From the NCBI GenBank assembly GCA_964350985.1, contig CAYGLK010000001.1, positions 292,528-356,527 on the forward strand: a stretch of DNA of 64,000 nucleotides, in the 5' to 3' direction. Under the pieces are notes generated by a model. That model saw nothing but the letters and a program-made list of their open reading frames with translations. It ran no database searches and was not told where the DNA came from. Of this stretch, positions 20,111-30,707 are shown in pieces (positions within the stretch are counted from its first letter, which is position 1; every line of letters starts with the position of its first letter). Made by a program: the position numbers and the translations under genes. Origin of the DNA: an uncultured Candidatus Saccharibacteria bacterium (GTDB lineage: Bacteria > Patescibacteriota > Minisyncoccia > Phycocordibacterales > UBA918).

Positions 20111-21079
20111 TTAGCGTGTGGCCGTTTGAATTAAGTGTACTACAAGATCATCGAACTTTAAACCGACAGCGGCTGCTGTTTTGGGATAAAGTGATTCACT
20201 TCCTAAGCTTGGTAGTGTGTTTACTTCTAGAAAGTAAACACCATTTTTATTAATTATAAAGTCACTCCGAGAGTATTGAGATAGGTGTAGGGCTTGGTGA
20301 GCTAATGCAGTTATTTCAGCAATTTTAGCCCTTTCTCCATAAGAAAAAGTAGCTGGACAGATCTCTAGTGAACTACTGTCAGTTTTGGCGGTTGTGTTAT
20401 AGAACTGATGATCTCTACTTACTATGACTTCAATACTTGGAAATACATAAATTAAGTCGTTTCTAAAGTTTTCCAATGTCGCACAAGAAGCTTCCCTTCC
20501 GCGAATAAATTCTTCAACTAAAATATCATCGTAGGTTTCGAGCGATCCTTCTATAGCTTTTGTTAGATTTTCTCCAGCTCGCACTAATTTTATGCCCAGT
20601 GAAGAGCCGTTCTTTGCTGGTTTAATAATATATTCAGGACCAAACGAATCAGTAATTTCTTTAGCGATACTATCTAAGCTCGACTCATCATCTTTTGTTA
20701 TAAGTTTAGACTCTGGCATTAAAACACCATAAGGTGATAAAGTTTTCTTTGTTAAATCTTTATTAAAAGCAATAGCGGAAGAAAATGAATTACTCCCAGT
20801 GAAAGGAATGTTATGTCGTTGAAGAATTTTTTGTACCTGGCCATCTTCTGCATATTCTCCATGTAGAGCAATAAAAGCTAAGTCTACGGACTTTAGAACT
20901 AGCTCAGGATTCTTAACTACTCCATCTTCAAGCCATTCTCCTTGCTTAGTGACAATAATATCTTTTACTCGATAATTGCTTTTCAGTAAAGATTCAATAA
21001 CAGCGGCTCCACTTTTCATGGAAATAGAATAGGCTTCATTTGGTCCACCTCTTAATACTGCTACCTGGAGATGATTCAT
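20111..21079 (-). CDS. ddl: D-alanine--D-alanine ligase (ATP-grasp)
   Basis: N-terminus VAVLRGGPNEAYSISMKSGAAV matches Ddl (GGxSxEhxVSxxS). ATP-grasp motifs EYIIKPAKNGSSLGI and FLEVNTLPS are present. 322 aa. Confidence 0.85.
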   Translation of the reverse strand: MNHLQVAVLRGGPNEAYSISMKSGAAVIESLLKSNYRVKDIIVTKQGEWLEDGVVKNPELVLKSVDLAFIALHGEYAEDGQVQKILQRHNIPFTGSNSFSSAIAFNKDLTKKTLSPYGVLMPESKLITKDDESSLDSIAKEITDSFGPEYIIKPAKNGSSLGIKLVRAGENLTKAIEGSLETYDDILVEEFIRGREASCATLENFRNDLIYVFPSIEVIVSRDHQFYNTTAKTDSSSLEICPATFSYGERAKIAEITALAHQALHLSQYSRSDFIINKNGVYFLEVNTLPSLGSESLYPKTAAAVGLKFDDLVVHLIQTATR

Positions 21080-21126
21080 AAGTAAATTTTAGCACACAAA
21101 CTAAAATGGAGTAGATTAAATTATTG

Positions 21127-22362
21127 TTAATTTCGGATTCTTTTTTGGGCTAGTTTGCGGTAGAAAGTTATGGCAAAACGGTGCGATTCTGAGTTAGCTA
21201 ACAAAATATCGAACTTAAACTTACTAGCGAAGTTACTATTTACTAAAATCTTTGAAGCTTTATGTCTCTCGTCTTTTACAACAGCTGCAACTGGTATCTG
21301 CAAACCCTGGGCACTTAGTACTGCCTCAGCTACTTTCTTTTGTACTTCGTTACCATCAACCACAATTAAGTCTGGCAGGGGCCATTCTGTGTGGTTTAGA
21401 CGCCTTTCAAGGATCTCTCGTAAGGCAGCCGGATCATTAGCTTGTTTGACAGTCTTTAGTTTAAAACGCCTATATTCACTTTTTTGGGGTTCAGAACCAG
21501 AGACTACTACCATCACCCCAACCATATCCTGACCAGCATGATGGGCGACATCATATGCTTCAACTCGAGAGGATAAAGTACCAATGTCAGGTGTTCTGTC
21601 ATTCTTTATTAACGCGATGTCTTCTATGTGTTGCAAGGCAAAAATCTGTCGCTTGATTTGATTTGCCTCTTCAAACAATTCTTGTTTAGCTAATAGATGC
21701 ATCTTTTTCTCTAACTCAGAGATAATCTTTTGCTTCTTTCCTTGGAAAAATAACCGCAGGTGTCTGATAGTCGTTTGGTATTCTTTTTTCTTATCTGGAT
21801 CCGGGTATAAATTAATCTGTCGATTGAAGTTTATTATTCCTTTTGAAAATTTTGATTTTTCAGTTCCAACTGAAACTTTAGTATCATAAAAACGGAATAG
21901 CTTTCTAACTATCTTCAGTGCGTCTCTAAGCATTGTCGGACTAGTAAAAGGTCCAAAATTATCTTTGATGTCTTCTTTTAAGAATTTTTCGGTGATGTCA
22001 CGTCCACGTACTACTAATACCCTAGGCCACTCTTCGTTGGTAATTATGAGGTGGTTGTAGCTTTTATCATCCTTGCTTTTTGTATTGTAAACAGGCTTAT
22101 GTGAACGAATTAAATTAGTCTCTAGAATAAGAGCCTCGAGCACGCTGTCAGTCTCTGTAAATTCAATTGAGAGAGTCTCGTCTACCATTTTTTTGATCAA
22201 GAGTGATCTTTTTTCAACAATATCATTAGAAAAATAGCTCCTGACTCTGTTTTTAAGTGAGGTAGCTTTCCCGATATAGAGAATTTTTTTATTTTTACCC
22301 AAAAAGTAATAAACCCCTGGATTATTAGGAAGTTTATATTTAGTTAAATCACTAGCTTTCAT
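21127..22362 (-). CDS. uvrC: excinuclease ABC subunit C, short form lacking the C-terminal (HhH)2 domain
   Basis: GIY-YIG motif (PGVYYFLGKNKKILYIGKATSLKNRVRSYF). RNase-H-like endonuclease domain (EAYDVAHHAGQDMVGVMVVV...YRRFKLKT...LPDLIVVDGNEVQ). The track starts 13 codons upstream at a TTG. The ATG at 22362 (MKASDLTKYKLPNNPGVYYF) matches UvrC N-termini better. Confidence 0.85.
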   Translation of the reverse strand: MKASDLTKYKLPNNPGVYYFLGKNKKILYIGKATSLKNRVRSYFSNDIVEKRSLLIKKMVDETLSIEFTETDSVLEALILETNLIRSHKPVYNTKSKDDKSYNHLIITNEEWPRVLVVRGRDITEKFLKEDIKDNFGPFTSPTMLRDALKIVRKLFRFYDTKVSVGTEKSKFSKGIINFNRQINLYPDPDKKKEYQTTIRHLRLFFQGKKQKIISELEKKMHLLAKQELFEEANQIKRQIFALQHIEDIALIKNDRTPDIGTLSSRVEAYDVAHHAGQDMVGVMVVVSGSEPQKSEYRRFKLKTVKQANDPAALREILERRLNHTEWPLPDLIVVDGNEVQKKVAEAVLSAQGLQIPVAAVVKDERHKASKILVNSNFASKFKFDILLANSESHRFAITFYRKLAQKRIRN

Positions 22363-22419
22363 TTCTTTTATTATTAACTTAAATACACTCTTCTGCAACA
22401 ACTAGCTCCAGGTAACAAA

Positions 22420-22460
22420 AAATCCTAGGGTGACCCTAGGATTTTTTGCTTTTAGTTTTA
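22420..22460. terminator. GC-rich hairpin followed by a T-tract
   Basis: AAAAATCCTAGGGTGACCCTAGGATTTTTTGCTTTT is a 13-bp stem with a CCTAGG core. It reads as an intrinsic terminator on the plus strand and sits upstream of the uvrC start on the minus strand. Confidence 0.6.
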
Positions 22461-22503
22461 AACTACGCTCTCCTAAAATATCCTCTTAGTATAAATAAGT
22501 CGT

Positions 22504-22620
22504 CATATCATACATGATATGACCTTCGTATCATGTATGATACGATCCTGTCATTCTCAATAGAAATCCATGAGCGGGTCTATGTAAATTTTGATTTATC
22601 TATCCTCAATGATAGATAAA
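22504..22620. promoter_or_regulatory. cluster of palindromes (operator-like) between uvrA and uvrC
   Basis: TCATATCAT-AC-ATGATATGA (22504-22523). TCGTATCATGTATGATACGA, a perfect 20-bp palindrome (22527-22546). TTTATCTATCCTCAATGATAGATAAA (22596-22620). The same 20-bp palindrome and the TATCTATC...GATAGATA element recur at 54468-54595. Confidence 0.6.
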
Positions 22621-22632
22621 CAAGTTATCAAA

Positions 22633-22660
22633 ATTCCAAGGTCGGGCCTTGGAATTAAGA
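22633..22660. terminator. hairpin immediately 3' of uvrA
   Basis: AATTCCAAGG-TCGGG-CCTTGGAATT, 28 nt downstream of the uvrA stop on the minus strand. Confidence 0.5.
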
Positions 22661-22687
22661 AAGTAAATCAAATTTTATAATACTTTT

Positions 22688-25327
22688 TTACAACACTTTC
22701 TTCAGGTATTGTCCGGTATAGGAGTCTTTATTAGCAGCTACTTGTTCTGGGGTTCCTTTGGCAACTATATTTCCGCCACCTAAACCTCCTTCAGGTCCGA
22801 CATCTATGATGTAGTCAGCACACTTTACCAAGTCTAGATTGTGTTCAATGACCATTACTGAATTACCTTGGTTTACTAATTTTTGGAGGATTTCAATTAA
22901 TTTTTTAACATCATCGTAATGAAGCCCAATAGTTGGTTCATCGAGCATATAAAGTGTCTTTTGAGTATGTGGCTTATAGAGCTCAGAAGCGATCTTAACT
23001 CGCTGTGCTTCACCGCCAGAAAGAGTGGTAGCACTTTGCCCTAGCTCTAAGTACCCCAGTCCTACTTCAATTAATGAACCAAGGCGTTCTTCAATTGAAG
23101 GTACATCTTGAAAGAATCTATGTGCTTCTTCAATAGTCATATGTAACACCTCCCAGATATTTTTCTTTCGGTAAGTTACCTCTAAAGTCTCTTTAGTAAA
23201 ACGCTTTCCATCACAGACATCACAAGTAACGTAAACTGTAGGCAAGAAGTGCATCTCTACCGCGATCTCTCCGTTACCCTGACAAGCTTCACAACGGCCA
23301 CCTTTAACATTGAAACTAAAGCGCCCTGGCTTCCAACCTCTGGCTCTAGCTTCGCCTGAGGCTGCGAACATATCACGGATGTGAGTGAAAGCACCTGTGT
23401 AAGTAGCTGGGTTACTACGTGGAGTTCTTCCAATTGGTGACTGGTCGATCAAGCAAGAACGCCCGATGTATTCTGTACCAGTAAAAGTTGAACAATTATA
23501 TGTATGCGGAGTACGATGTTTTTTATCTAATCGAGACTTGAGGTTCCGATCGACTATCTCATACATGAAGGTAGACTTACCCGATCCAGAGACTCCAGTA
23601 ACGCAAACTAATTTTCCTAAAGGAATATCAACATTAAGGTTTTTAATATTAAATATTTTTCCACCTCTAATCTTAATCGAACCTTTTTCACTCTCGCGTC
23701 TATCTGGTACAGCAATTTTTTTATCACCACGAAGATAATCTAAGGTCACTGACTTGGTATTATTTTTCGGTGCTGCTAAGAGTTTATCCAAATAATCAGC
23801 CACCATAACTTCCCCGCCATGAACTCCGGCTCCAGGTCCAATGTCGATCAGATAGTCAGCAGCATAGATTGTGTCCTCATCATGCTCAACTACAATAATT
23901 GTATTACCTAGATCCCGAAGTTCAGTCAAAGTCTTGATCAAACGATCGTTATCGCGTTGATGCAGACCAATAGTCGGCTCATCAAGAACATATAGTGCTC
24001 CTACAAGCCCTGAACCAAGCTGTGAAGCCAGTCTAATACGTTGTGCTTCTCCACCCGAGAGCGTGTTAGCGCGACGTTCTAGGGTTAGATACTGAATACC
24101 AACATTATTCATAAACTGAAGCCGTTCAATAATTTCACGAAGAGCTGGCCAAGCTATATCTTGTTGTTTTTTAGAAAGTTTTAGTCCGTCAATAAACTTA
24201 GTCGCTTCAGCGACGGTCATGTGAGTAAAAGCAACGATATTGATACCAAGATCTTTTTTACCGTCACCTCCAAGATAAACTCGAAGAGCTTCAGGACGAA
24301 GCCGCGCTCCCTTACAAACAGGACATTCGTCACTTTGAAAGATACCGACAACTCCAAGTCCGTTACATTCAGGACAGGCTCCGTAGGGTGAGTTAAATGA
24401 AAATAGTCTGGGTTCTACTTCAGGAAAAGAAGAACCATCTATTGGACAAATAAACTTTGCTGACATCGTTCGAGATGTACCATCAGGACTTTCAATTTTT
24501 ACCAGGCCACCAGATTCTTCTAAGGCTCTTTCAACTGCTTCAGAAAGTCTTTCTCGAGAGTTTCGTGAATCATCAGTAAATTCACTAACGTATATTTCGT
24601 CAACTAAAACATCAATATCGTGCCTTTTTGTCTTAGTTAACTCAATTTTCTCTCGTAGCTGTTTTACTACGCCGTCAATTTTAACGACTTCATATCCTTT
24701 TCCAAGTAGATCATAAAGTAATTGGTAGTATTCTCCCTTACGTCCTACTACTACAGGTGAGAAAATAGACACTCGCCCCTTTGAAAGCTCTATACCCATC
24801 ACTTTTTGTGAACTTTTTTTCTCGGCTGCTTTTACTTCTTTATCTTCAATAGATTGAAGAATAATACTTAAAATTTCATCTTGAGAAAGACGCATGATTG
24901 GAACATCTACATCTAGGCAGTAAGGTTGTCCGACTCGAGCATAAAGAATACGAAGATAGTCGTAGATCTCGGTTATAGTGGCTACAGTTGAACGCGGGTT
25001 TCTAGAGGCTGACTTTTGATCAATTGAAATAGCTGGCGAGAGACCACTAATTTCATCAACGTCTGGTTTTTGTAGCTTATTTAAAAATTGTCTCGCATAA
25101 GGAGATAATGATTCAACATAACGTCTCTGACCTTCAGCAAAGATAGTATCGAAAGCCAACGATGACTTACCTGAACCAGAAGGTCCAGTGATAGCAATCA
25201 TCTTTCCACGCGGCATCTCAACATCAATATTCTTTAAGTTGTGAGTACGGGCACCGCGAATAACTATCTTGTTTCCAGGTGTATCTGACTCCAGTGCTTG
25301 TTTTTTAGTATTTTTTTTATCAGCCAT
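22688..25327 (-). CDS. uvrA: excinuclease ABC subunit A
   Basis: Two ABC ATPase modules ([10 protein letters not shown] and [10 protein letters not shown] Walker A; LSGGEAQR signatures twice). Zinc-finger Cys clusters are present. N-terminus [20 protein letters not shown] is typical UvrA. Confidence 0.95.
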   Translation of the reverse strand: MADKKNTKKQALESDTPGNKIVIRGARTHNLKNIDVEMPRGKMIAITGPSGSGKSSLAFDTIFAEGQRRYVESLSPYARQFLNKLQKPDVDEISGLSPAISIDQKSASRNPRSTVATITEIYDYLRILYARVGQPYCLDVDVPIMRLSQDEILSIILQSIEDKEVKAAEKKSSQKVMGIELSKGRVSIFSPVVVGRKGEYYQLLYDLLGKGYEVVKIDGVVKQLREKIELTKTKRHDIDVLVDEIYVSEFTDDSRNSRERLSEAVERALEESGGLVKIESPDGTSRTMSAKFICPIDGSSFPEVEPRLFSFNSPYGACPECNGLGVVGIFQSDECPVCKGARLRPEALRVYLGGDGKKDLGINIVAFTHMTVAEATKFIDGLKLSKKQQDIAWPALREIIERLQFMNNVGIQYLTLERRANTLSGGEAQRIRLASQLGSGLVGALYVLDEPTIGLHQRDNDRLIKTLTELRDLGNTIIVVEHDEDTIYAADYLIDIGPGAGVHGGEVMVADYLDKLLAAPKNNTKSVTLDYLRGDKKIAVPDRRESEKGSIKIRGGKIFNIKNLNVDIPLGKLVCVTGVSGSGKSTFMYEIVDRNLKSRLDKKHRTPHTYNCSTFTGTEYIGRSCLIDQSPIGRTPRSNPATYTGAFTHIRDMFAASGEARARGWKPGRFSFNVKGGRCEACQGNGEIAVEMHFLPTVYVTCDVCDGKRFTKETLEVTYRKKNIWEVLHMTIEEAHRFFQDVPSIEERLGSLIEVGLGYLELGQSATTLSGGEAQRVKIASELYKPHTQKTLYMLDEPTIGLHYDDVKKLIEILQKLVNQGNSVMVIEHNLDLVKCADYIIDVGPEGGLGGGNIVAKGTPEQVAANKDSYTGQYLKKVL

Positions 25328-25401
25328 AACCTACTTCAGCAAACAGCTGAATTTAAAGTTTTCTCATTATAACGGTTATTCCTTTAGTCTGCAAAATAAG
25401 C

Positions 25402-27723
25402 TTATTTTACTCCCTCAACTAGCAGTGGGGATTTACGACGAGCTTTGATCATTTGTGCCAATAGCAATAAGATAAAACCAAGAGCAACCAAACCGACTGA
25501 TCCAATAATAATACTACTTGATACAATCTTTTCTCTTTCTCTAGATATTTCTGATTCTAATCCATTTAATGCAGCTGCGCTTAGGTTAGTGTTTTTAGCA
25601 GAATAAGTAAATTCATTTGAACTAACAACTAGTTTTCCTTCATTATTTGGCAAGGCAGCAACGACGGTAACTGGTAAATTTGCTGGCTGGTTTTCCAGTG
25701 AGTAAGAGAAATTACCAACATCATTTGATTTTGTAATTCCAATAATTCCACTATTCTTGGAAATTATATGGGTATGAGCATTTGGTAAAGTTTTACCTTG
25801 AACATTATAAATAAACTTCTCATTCTTGTTTTGATCTTTTATAATTTGCTGCTCAATAGAAAGAAGGTCAATGACACTAGTTTGAGTCACTTGTGTTTTT
25901 AAACTGTTCGCTGGATCAGGATTCTGTGATACGTCTGAATTTTGTGGATCAAACAAATTTATCACCTCTACTCCGTCTATGATCCCGTCTTGATCAGTGT
26001 CAGCGACACTTGGATTAGTTTTAAAGTTTATTAGTTCATCATAATCAGAGATTCCGTCATAGTCTGTATCTCTTGCAATTAAATTATTTGAAGATTGTTT
26101 TAGTTGTAATTCTTTTTGTTCAATCTGACTTAACAAAATATCCAGACGATTTAAAAATACTGTCTCTAAAGCAGAATTCAAGTACCTACCATTTTTTTCA
26201 TTTATTGAAGCGTAGAGCTGATTTTTATAATATTTTACTAAGTTATCCTTAGCTAATACAGTAAGAAAACTACTATCTGTTTGTAGAGAAGCAGCGTATG
26301 TCAGAGTTAGGTAGTCTAGTTCTTCTGACCTTTCATTTAAGGCTTGTTCTATAATATTAGTCTGAGTACTGTCGATAAGCTGATCCTCTGTTGAGGAGTC
26401 AATAATTGAGTTATTACTTGAAAAATAACTTAATCTAGCTTCGTTTGAAGATGAGATATCTTCTAATGCTAGGTTAACTTTTTTAACTAAAATTGCTAAG
26501 TCTTCGTCACGGAGACTATTTTGCGACACGGTTAAATTTGGTCTGTAATTAATACCGGTTGATTGTATTTCGGTGTTTCCTTCTGAAAAAGCAGCATAAA
26601 TAAACATTTGTCTGCTTGGTAACTCTAGAGCCGACATGCTTAGATACCAAATACTTTGAACTAAAGTAGCTTCTCCTAAATAAAGTCTGTTTTGAGATCC
26701 AGGAACTACTCCATAGACCTGAACTGTGTCTGGGGCAAAATTTCCAGTTGAAATCTCAAGAAACTCTGCTCCGTTATTCTTTTCAAGTCGAACTGAGAAT
26801 ATATCTTTATTTAGATCTGGCAGTGGTACTTCAGTTACTTCTTCTCCGTCTTCTGGTTCCACTTCAGCTTCAACTTCAACCCCTTCGTCAGTACTAGTTG
26901 AAGAATCTAAGTCTGTAGTCGTTGAGATGTTTTCAGCTTGAACTAATTCCAAACTTAGTTGTGTCAAAGCAGTTACTTCAACCTCTTTATCTACTACTTG
27001 AAATTCGGGACCTTTAAAAAAGTACTCTATTCCATTCTCTGCCCGAGTTGCAGCTGAAACTATATAGGTTCCAGAAGACAAACTACTTCCAGGTATCAAG
27101 TAACGGTATTTTCCAAGTTCAATTTCTTCAACTGGTTTTAATGATGTTTGACTACCATCTGTAACTGAATTTAAATAAACATCAACATTATTACTATTTG
27201 ATACCTGAACTAAAATGTCATTGTTTGATTCTAGTGTTCTTGGTAGTGAATTAAGAAAATCAACTTCCGGTGCTTGTGGTGTTAGTTGTGTATCTACAAC
27301 TTCATCACATAAACTGGTGCTACACAAAAGTGCTGCTGCATTTAACCCGAGATCTTTGTCTGCTAAATAACCGAAACTTGCAAAGGCGATACCGACAAAA
27401 ACAAAAGCATATCCAGCCACCTTTGTGGCTCTGGTTACATATCTTGGTAAGGTTTCGTCATACCACATTTTGTATAACTCAACTTTTTCTAAAAGACGTA
27501 AGCTGGCCGAAGAAGGCACTTTGATTTCCTCAGTGACATTTTCCGTTGTGATCTTTTTAACGTTAGAGCTAGTTTTAGGTTTTTTAAGATTAACTTTTTT
27601 AAGGTTTTTTACTTTCTCGGTGACTTTTTTTTGAGATTTTTTAGGCTTCAGACTAACAGCCGTTTTTGGTGAAACTTTTTTACCTAAGTTCTTTTCTAGC
27701 TTATTTTCTGCCTTGCTACCCAT
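25402..27723 (-). CDS. hypothetical membrane protein with Lys-rich N-terminus and thrombospondin-type-3-like Ca-binding Asp repeats
   Basis: 773 aa. KK-rich N-terminal tail, a TM helix near aa 100 and a C-terminal TM. DTDYDGISDYDE and DTDQDGIIDGVE are DxDxDGxxD calcium-binding repeats. Confidence 0.5.
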   Translation of the reverse strand: MGSKAENKLEKNLGKKVSPKTAVSLKPKKSQKKVTEKVKNLKKVNLKKPKTSSNVKKITTENVTEEIKVPSSASLRLLEKVELYKMWYDETLPRYVTRATKVAGYAFVFVGIAFASFGYLADKDLGLNAAALLCSTSLCDEVVDTQLTPQAPEVDFLNSLPRTLESNNDILVQVSNSNNVDVYLNSVTDGSQTSLKPVEEIELGKYRYLIPGSSLSSGTYIVSAATRAENGIEYFFKGPEFQVVDKEVEVTALTQLSLELVQAENISTTTDLDSSTSTDEGVEVEAEVEPEDGEEVTEVPLPDLNKDIFSVRLEKNNGAEFLEISTGNFAPDTVQVYGVVPGSQNRLYLGEATLVQSIWYLSMSALELPSRQMFIYAAFSEGNTEIQSTGINYRPNLTVSQNSLRDEDLAILVKKVNLALEDISSSNEARLSYFSSNNSIIDSSTEDQLIDSTQTNIIEQALNERSEELDYLTLTYAASLQTDSSFLTVLAKDNLVKYYKNQLYASINEKNGRYLNSALETVFLNRLDILLSQIEQKELQLKQSSNNLIARDTDYDGISDYDELINFKTNPSVADTDQDGIIDGVEVINLFDPQNSDVSQNPDPANSLKTQVTQTSVIDLLSIEQQIIKDQNKNEKFIYNVQGKTLPNAHTHIISKNSGIIGITKSNDVGNFSYSLENQPANLPVTVVAALPNNEGKLVVSSNEFTYSAKNTNLSAAALNGLESEISREREKIVSSSIIIGSVGLVALGFILLLLAQMIKARRKSPLLVEGVK

Positions 27724-27759
27724 TTGTTTAAATTATACACTCTTCTTTACCTTTTTTGG

Positions 27760-29835
27760 TTATTTATTAACGTTTTTTGTCTTCTTTTCCGCCTTTGCTT
27801 TAGCTTTTATATTCTTTTGCTGTTGGTCCAAAAGTGTCTTTATTTCATCTCGCAAAATAGCTGCTGTCTCAAAATCTAAAATTGACACGGCTTCGTCCAT
27901 CAATCGCTTCTTTTCTTTCAAAAATGATTTTGGATTTTTTAGGAAAAGGTCCATATCAACCTTAAGCAGACTATCTACAGTCTCGTCATGATTAGTGCGC
28001 ATTTGGTCAGTAATTGACTTAATTTCTTTTGCAATTGATTTTGGGGTGATGTTGTTTTTTTTATTATACTCCAACTGTAAATCACGTCGGCGGTTTGTCT
28101 CTCCTATTGCTTTATCAAGAGCTGGCGTCATTTCGTCAGCATATAAGACTACTCTACCCTTTATGTTTCTGGCAGCACGACCAATAGTCTGAATTAGAGC
28201 TGTTTCACTGCGGAGGAAACCTTGCTTATCAGCGTCAAGAATAGCTACAAGTTCAACTTCAGGTAAATCTAAGCCTTCTCGAAGTAAGTTTACCCCTACT
28301 AGACAATCGAATTTACCTCGTCTGAAGTCAGTTAGTATCTCAATTCTCTCAATCGTATCGACATCACTGTGAATATACTTAGTGTTAATTCCCTTTTCCG
28401 TTAAGAACTCTGATAGATCTTCAGCCATTTTTTTGGTTAAGGTTGTAGTCAAGACTCTGGCACCAGTACTTATTACTTTGACAGCTTCATCAATAAAATC
28501 TTTTACCTGACCTTTATAGTCACCTTCTTCAGTTATCTTGCGAATATCAATAACAGGATCCACTAATCCAGTTGGTCTAATCACTTGTTCTACCATTGGT
28601 AACTTACTCAAAGATGCTTGTTCATATTCATACTTTCCTGGTGTGGCTGAAGTATAAATTCTTTGGCCAACCCGCTCCTCAAATTCTGAAAACTTAAGTG
28701 GTCGGTTATCGACAGCACTTGGTAGTCTAAAACCAAACTCTACTAAAGTGTCTTTTCGAGAACGGTCACCAGCGTACATACCGTTTATTTGTGGTACAGC
28801 AACGTGTGACTCATCAATGATAGTCAAGAAGTCAGGCTTTCCATCTTTTGTCTGAGGAAAATATGACAGTAGCGTATAAGGAGCTTCGCCTGACTTACGT
28901 CTATCAAAGTGTCGTGAATAATTTTCAATACCATTACAATAACCAACTTCACGCATTAAAGCTAAGTCATGCTGTGTCCGTCGTCGCAATCTTTCGGCTT
29001 CAAGTAACTTCCCTTCTTTTTTAAATTTTTTGAGCTGTTCGTCTAATTCCATCTGAATATCCATAATAGCTACTTTTCGTTCAGCTTCTGGGGTAACAAA
29101 GTGTTTGGCTGGAAATAAGAAAAAACTTTCTGGTTCTTCAATAATTTCTCGAGTAATGGCATCAATTTTTGTAATGTGACTGACTGTGTTACCGCTAAAA
29201 TTAAGTCGATAGATTACTCTTTCATTGGTTGGCATTACTTCCACAGCATTTCCTAGCGCGCGAAAATTTCCTGGAGTAAGGTCAGCATTAGTCCGTTCAA
29301 AATACATTCCGATTAGAGTTCGAAGTAACTCCATTCGCGAAGTCTCATAGCCTCTCTCTAGCTTTAAATGTCGCTTTAGATATTCGGCTGGTGCACCAAG
29401 TCCATAAATACAAGAAACTGAAGCCACGATGATAACGTCTTTTCTGGTTAAAAGAGCTTGGGTAGAAGCATGACGAAGTCGGTCAATTTCTTCATTGATT
29501 TGAGCTTCTTTTTCAATATAAGTATCTGAGGTAGGCATATAGGCCTCAGGTTGGTAGTAATCGTAGTATGAAACGAAATAATGGACAGCGTTGTCAGGGA
29601 AAAAGTCTCGGTATTCTTGAGCAAGTTGAGCCGCCAATGTCTTATTGTGAGCAATAACAAGAGTGGGCTTCTGAATTTGTTGGATAACGTTGGCAGCTGT
29701 GTATGTCTTACCTGATCCAGTAACACCAAAAAGAGTCTGGTGCTTGTGTCCAGCTTTTATTCCCTTTACCAAACTAGCAATCGCTTTAGGCTGATCTCCT
29801 GCTGGTGTTTTGTCTGTTGCGAGCTTGAATTCCAT
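27760..29835 (-). CDS. uvrB: excinuclease ABC subunit B
   Basis: N-terminus FKL...PAGDQPKAI..L..G...G...QTLFGVTGSGKT (helicase motif I), DEAD-like motifs, a beta-hairpin region and a C-terminal UVR domain. 691 aa. Confidence 0.95.
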   Translation of the reverse strand: MEFKLATDKTPAGDQPKAIASLVKGIKAGHKHQTLFGVTGSGKTYTAANVIQQIQKPTLVIAHNKTLAAQLAQEYRDFFPDNAVHYFVSYYDYYQPEAYMPTSDTYIEKEAQINEEIDRLRHASTQALLTRKDVIIVASVSCIYGLGAPAEYLKRHLKLERGYETSRMELLRTLIGMYFERTNADLTPGNFRALGNAVEVMPTNERVIYRLNFSGNTVSHITKIDAITREIIEEPESFFLFPAKHFVTPEAERKVAIMDIQMELDEQLKKFKKEGKLLEAERLRRRTQHDLALMREVGYCNGIENYSRHFDRRKSGEAPYTLLSYFPQTKDGKPDFLTIIDESHVAVPQINGMYAGDRSRKDTLVEFGFRLPSAVDNRPLKFSEFEERVGQRIYTSATPGKYEYEQASLSKLPMVEQVIRPTGLVDPVIDIRKITEEGDYKGQVKDFIDEAVKVISTGARVLTTTLTKKMAEDLSEFLTEKGINTKYIHSDVDTIERIEILTDFRRGKFDCLVGVNLLREGLDLPEVELVAILDADKQGFLRSETALIQTIGRAARNIKGRVVLYADEMTPALDKAIGETNRRRDLQLEYNKKNNITPKSIAKEIKSITDQMRTNHDETVDSLLKVDMDLFLKNPKSFLKEKKRLMDEAVSILDFETAAILRDEIKTLLDQQQKNIKAKAKAEKKTKNVNK

Positions 29836-29984
29836 AGCTAGAGTATAGCGTGATATTAATGATTAAAAAAGCAAGATGAGGCATTTACTGTACCTCAATT
29901 ATTTATGGTATTTAAAAAAACAAACACCACCCCGATGAATTGGAATGGTGTAAAATAAAGCTCAATAACAACCCCCAAAGAAAC

Positions 29985-30707
29985 TTAGGTCTGAGGGCCA
30001 ACTTGCGAAAGAACGAACGCAAAACCGTCACTTTTATGCAAAACTTCGCCAGGTTCGACATATTCCAGACAGAGATCGTTGCCTTTTGCATCTCTGCTCG
30101 TGATCAGCATGTGTGGGTTACCGCGATAATCCTTAAAAGGTTCGTGCATCGTGACGATTCTGCGCAAACCCATCTGCTTCAGCTGTTTGTCTGTGAATGT
30201 GTCGCGAATCAAGCAAGCTATCTCCCAGTGAGGCGTAATCCAGCCATTCTCGTTTGCTTGTGATGAAATTTTCTCCCTGGTACAGTTGCCTTCACCCATC
30301 CTGCTGCCGGGACGCAACAAGACTTCATGTGTTGTTCCTGCTTGGGTTTCAACCGGTACGTCTTTTGCGCTACAAAACAAAGGATTCATCGTCCACCTTT
30401 CCAACACAAAACCTCGGCGTTCAAGGTGTTCTCTCCACTGTTTGCGGGTAAAGCCAGTGCTGACAAGAGTAAAACGAACGTTGCCCTCGTCGTCAATAGT
30501 CCATTTGTCGTCGTTAGTAGGCGTCGTCGGAACGACGCTCCCATCTGCGACCATGACAAGTTTTGCTGCCCCTGTCCGTAACAGCCTGATTGCAGAAAAA
30601 TTTTTGCCGGTTGAGAGGTACTCGATATCCTCTTCTGTTCCGTCGCAACTATCAACTGCGTATTCGAGTCTGATTCTTGTTGAGCGATTAATAAGCAACT
30701 TGCTCAT
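29985..30707 (-). CDS. hypothetical protein on a GC-rich island (probable horizontal acquisition)
   Basis: 240-aa ORF with an AGGAGA RBS 8 nt before the ATG. Local GC is visibly about 50% against about 36% in the flanks. I recognise no conserved motif. Confidence 0.55.
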   Translation of the reverse strand: MSKLLINRSTRIRLEYAVDSCDGTEEDIEYLSTGKNFSAIRLLRTGAAKLVMVADGSVVPTTPTNDDKWTIDDEGNVRFTLVSTGFTRKQWREHLERRGFVLERWTMNPLFCSAKDVPVETQAGTTHEVLLRPGSRMGEGNCTREKISSQANENGWITPHWEIACLIRDTFTDKQLKQMGLRRIVTMHEPFKDYRGNPHMLITSRDAKGNDLCLEYVEPGEVLHKSDGFAFVLSQVGPQT

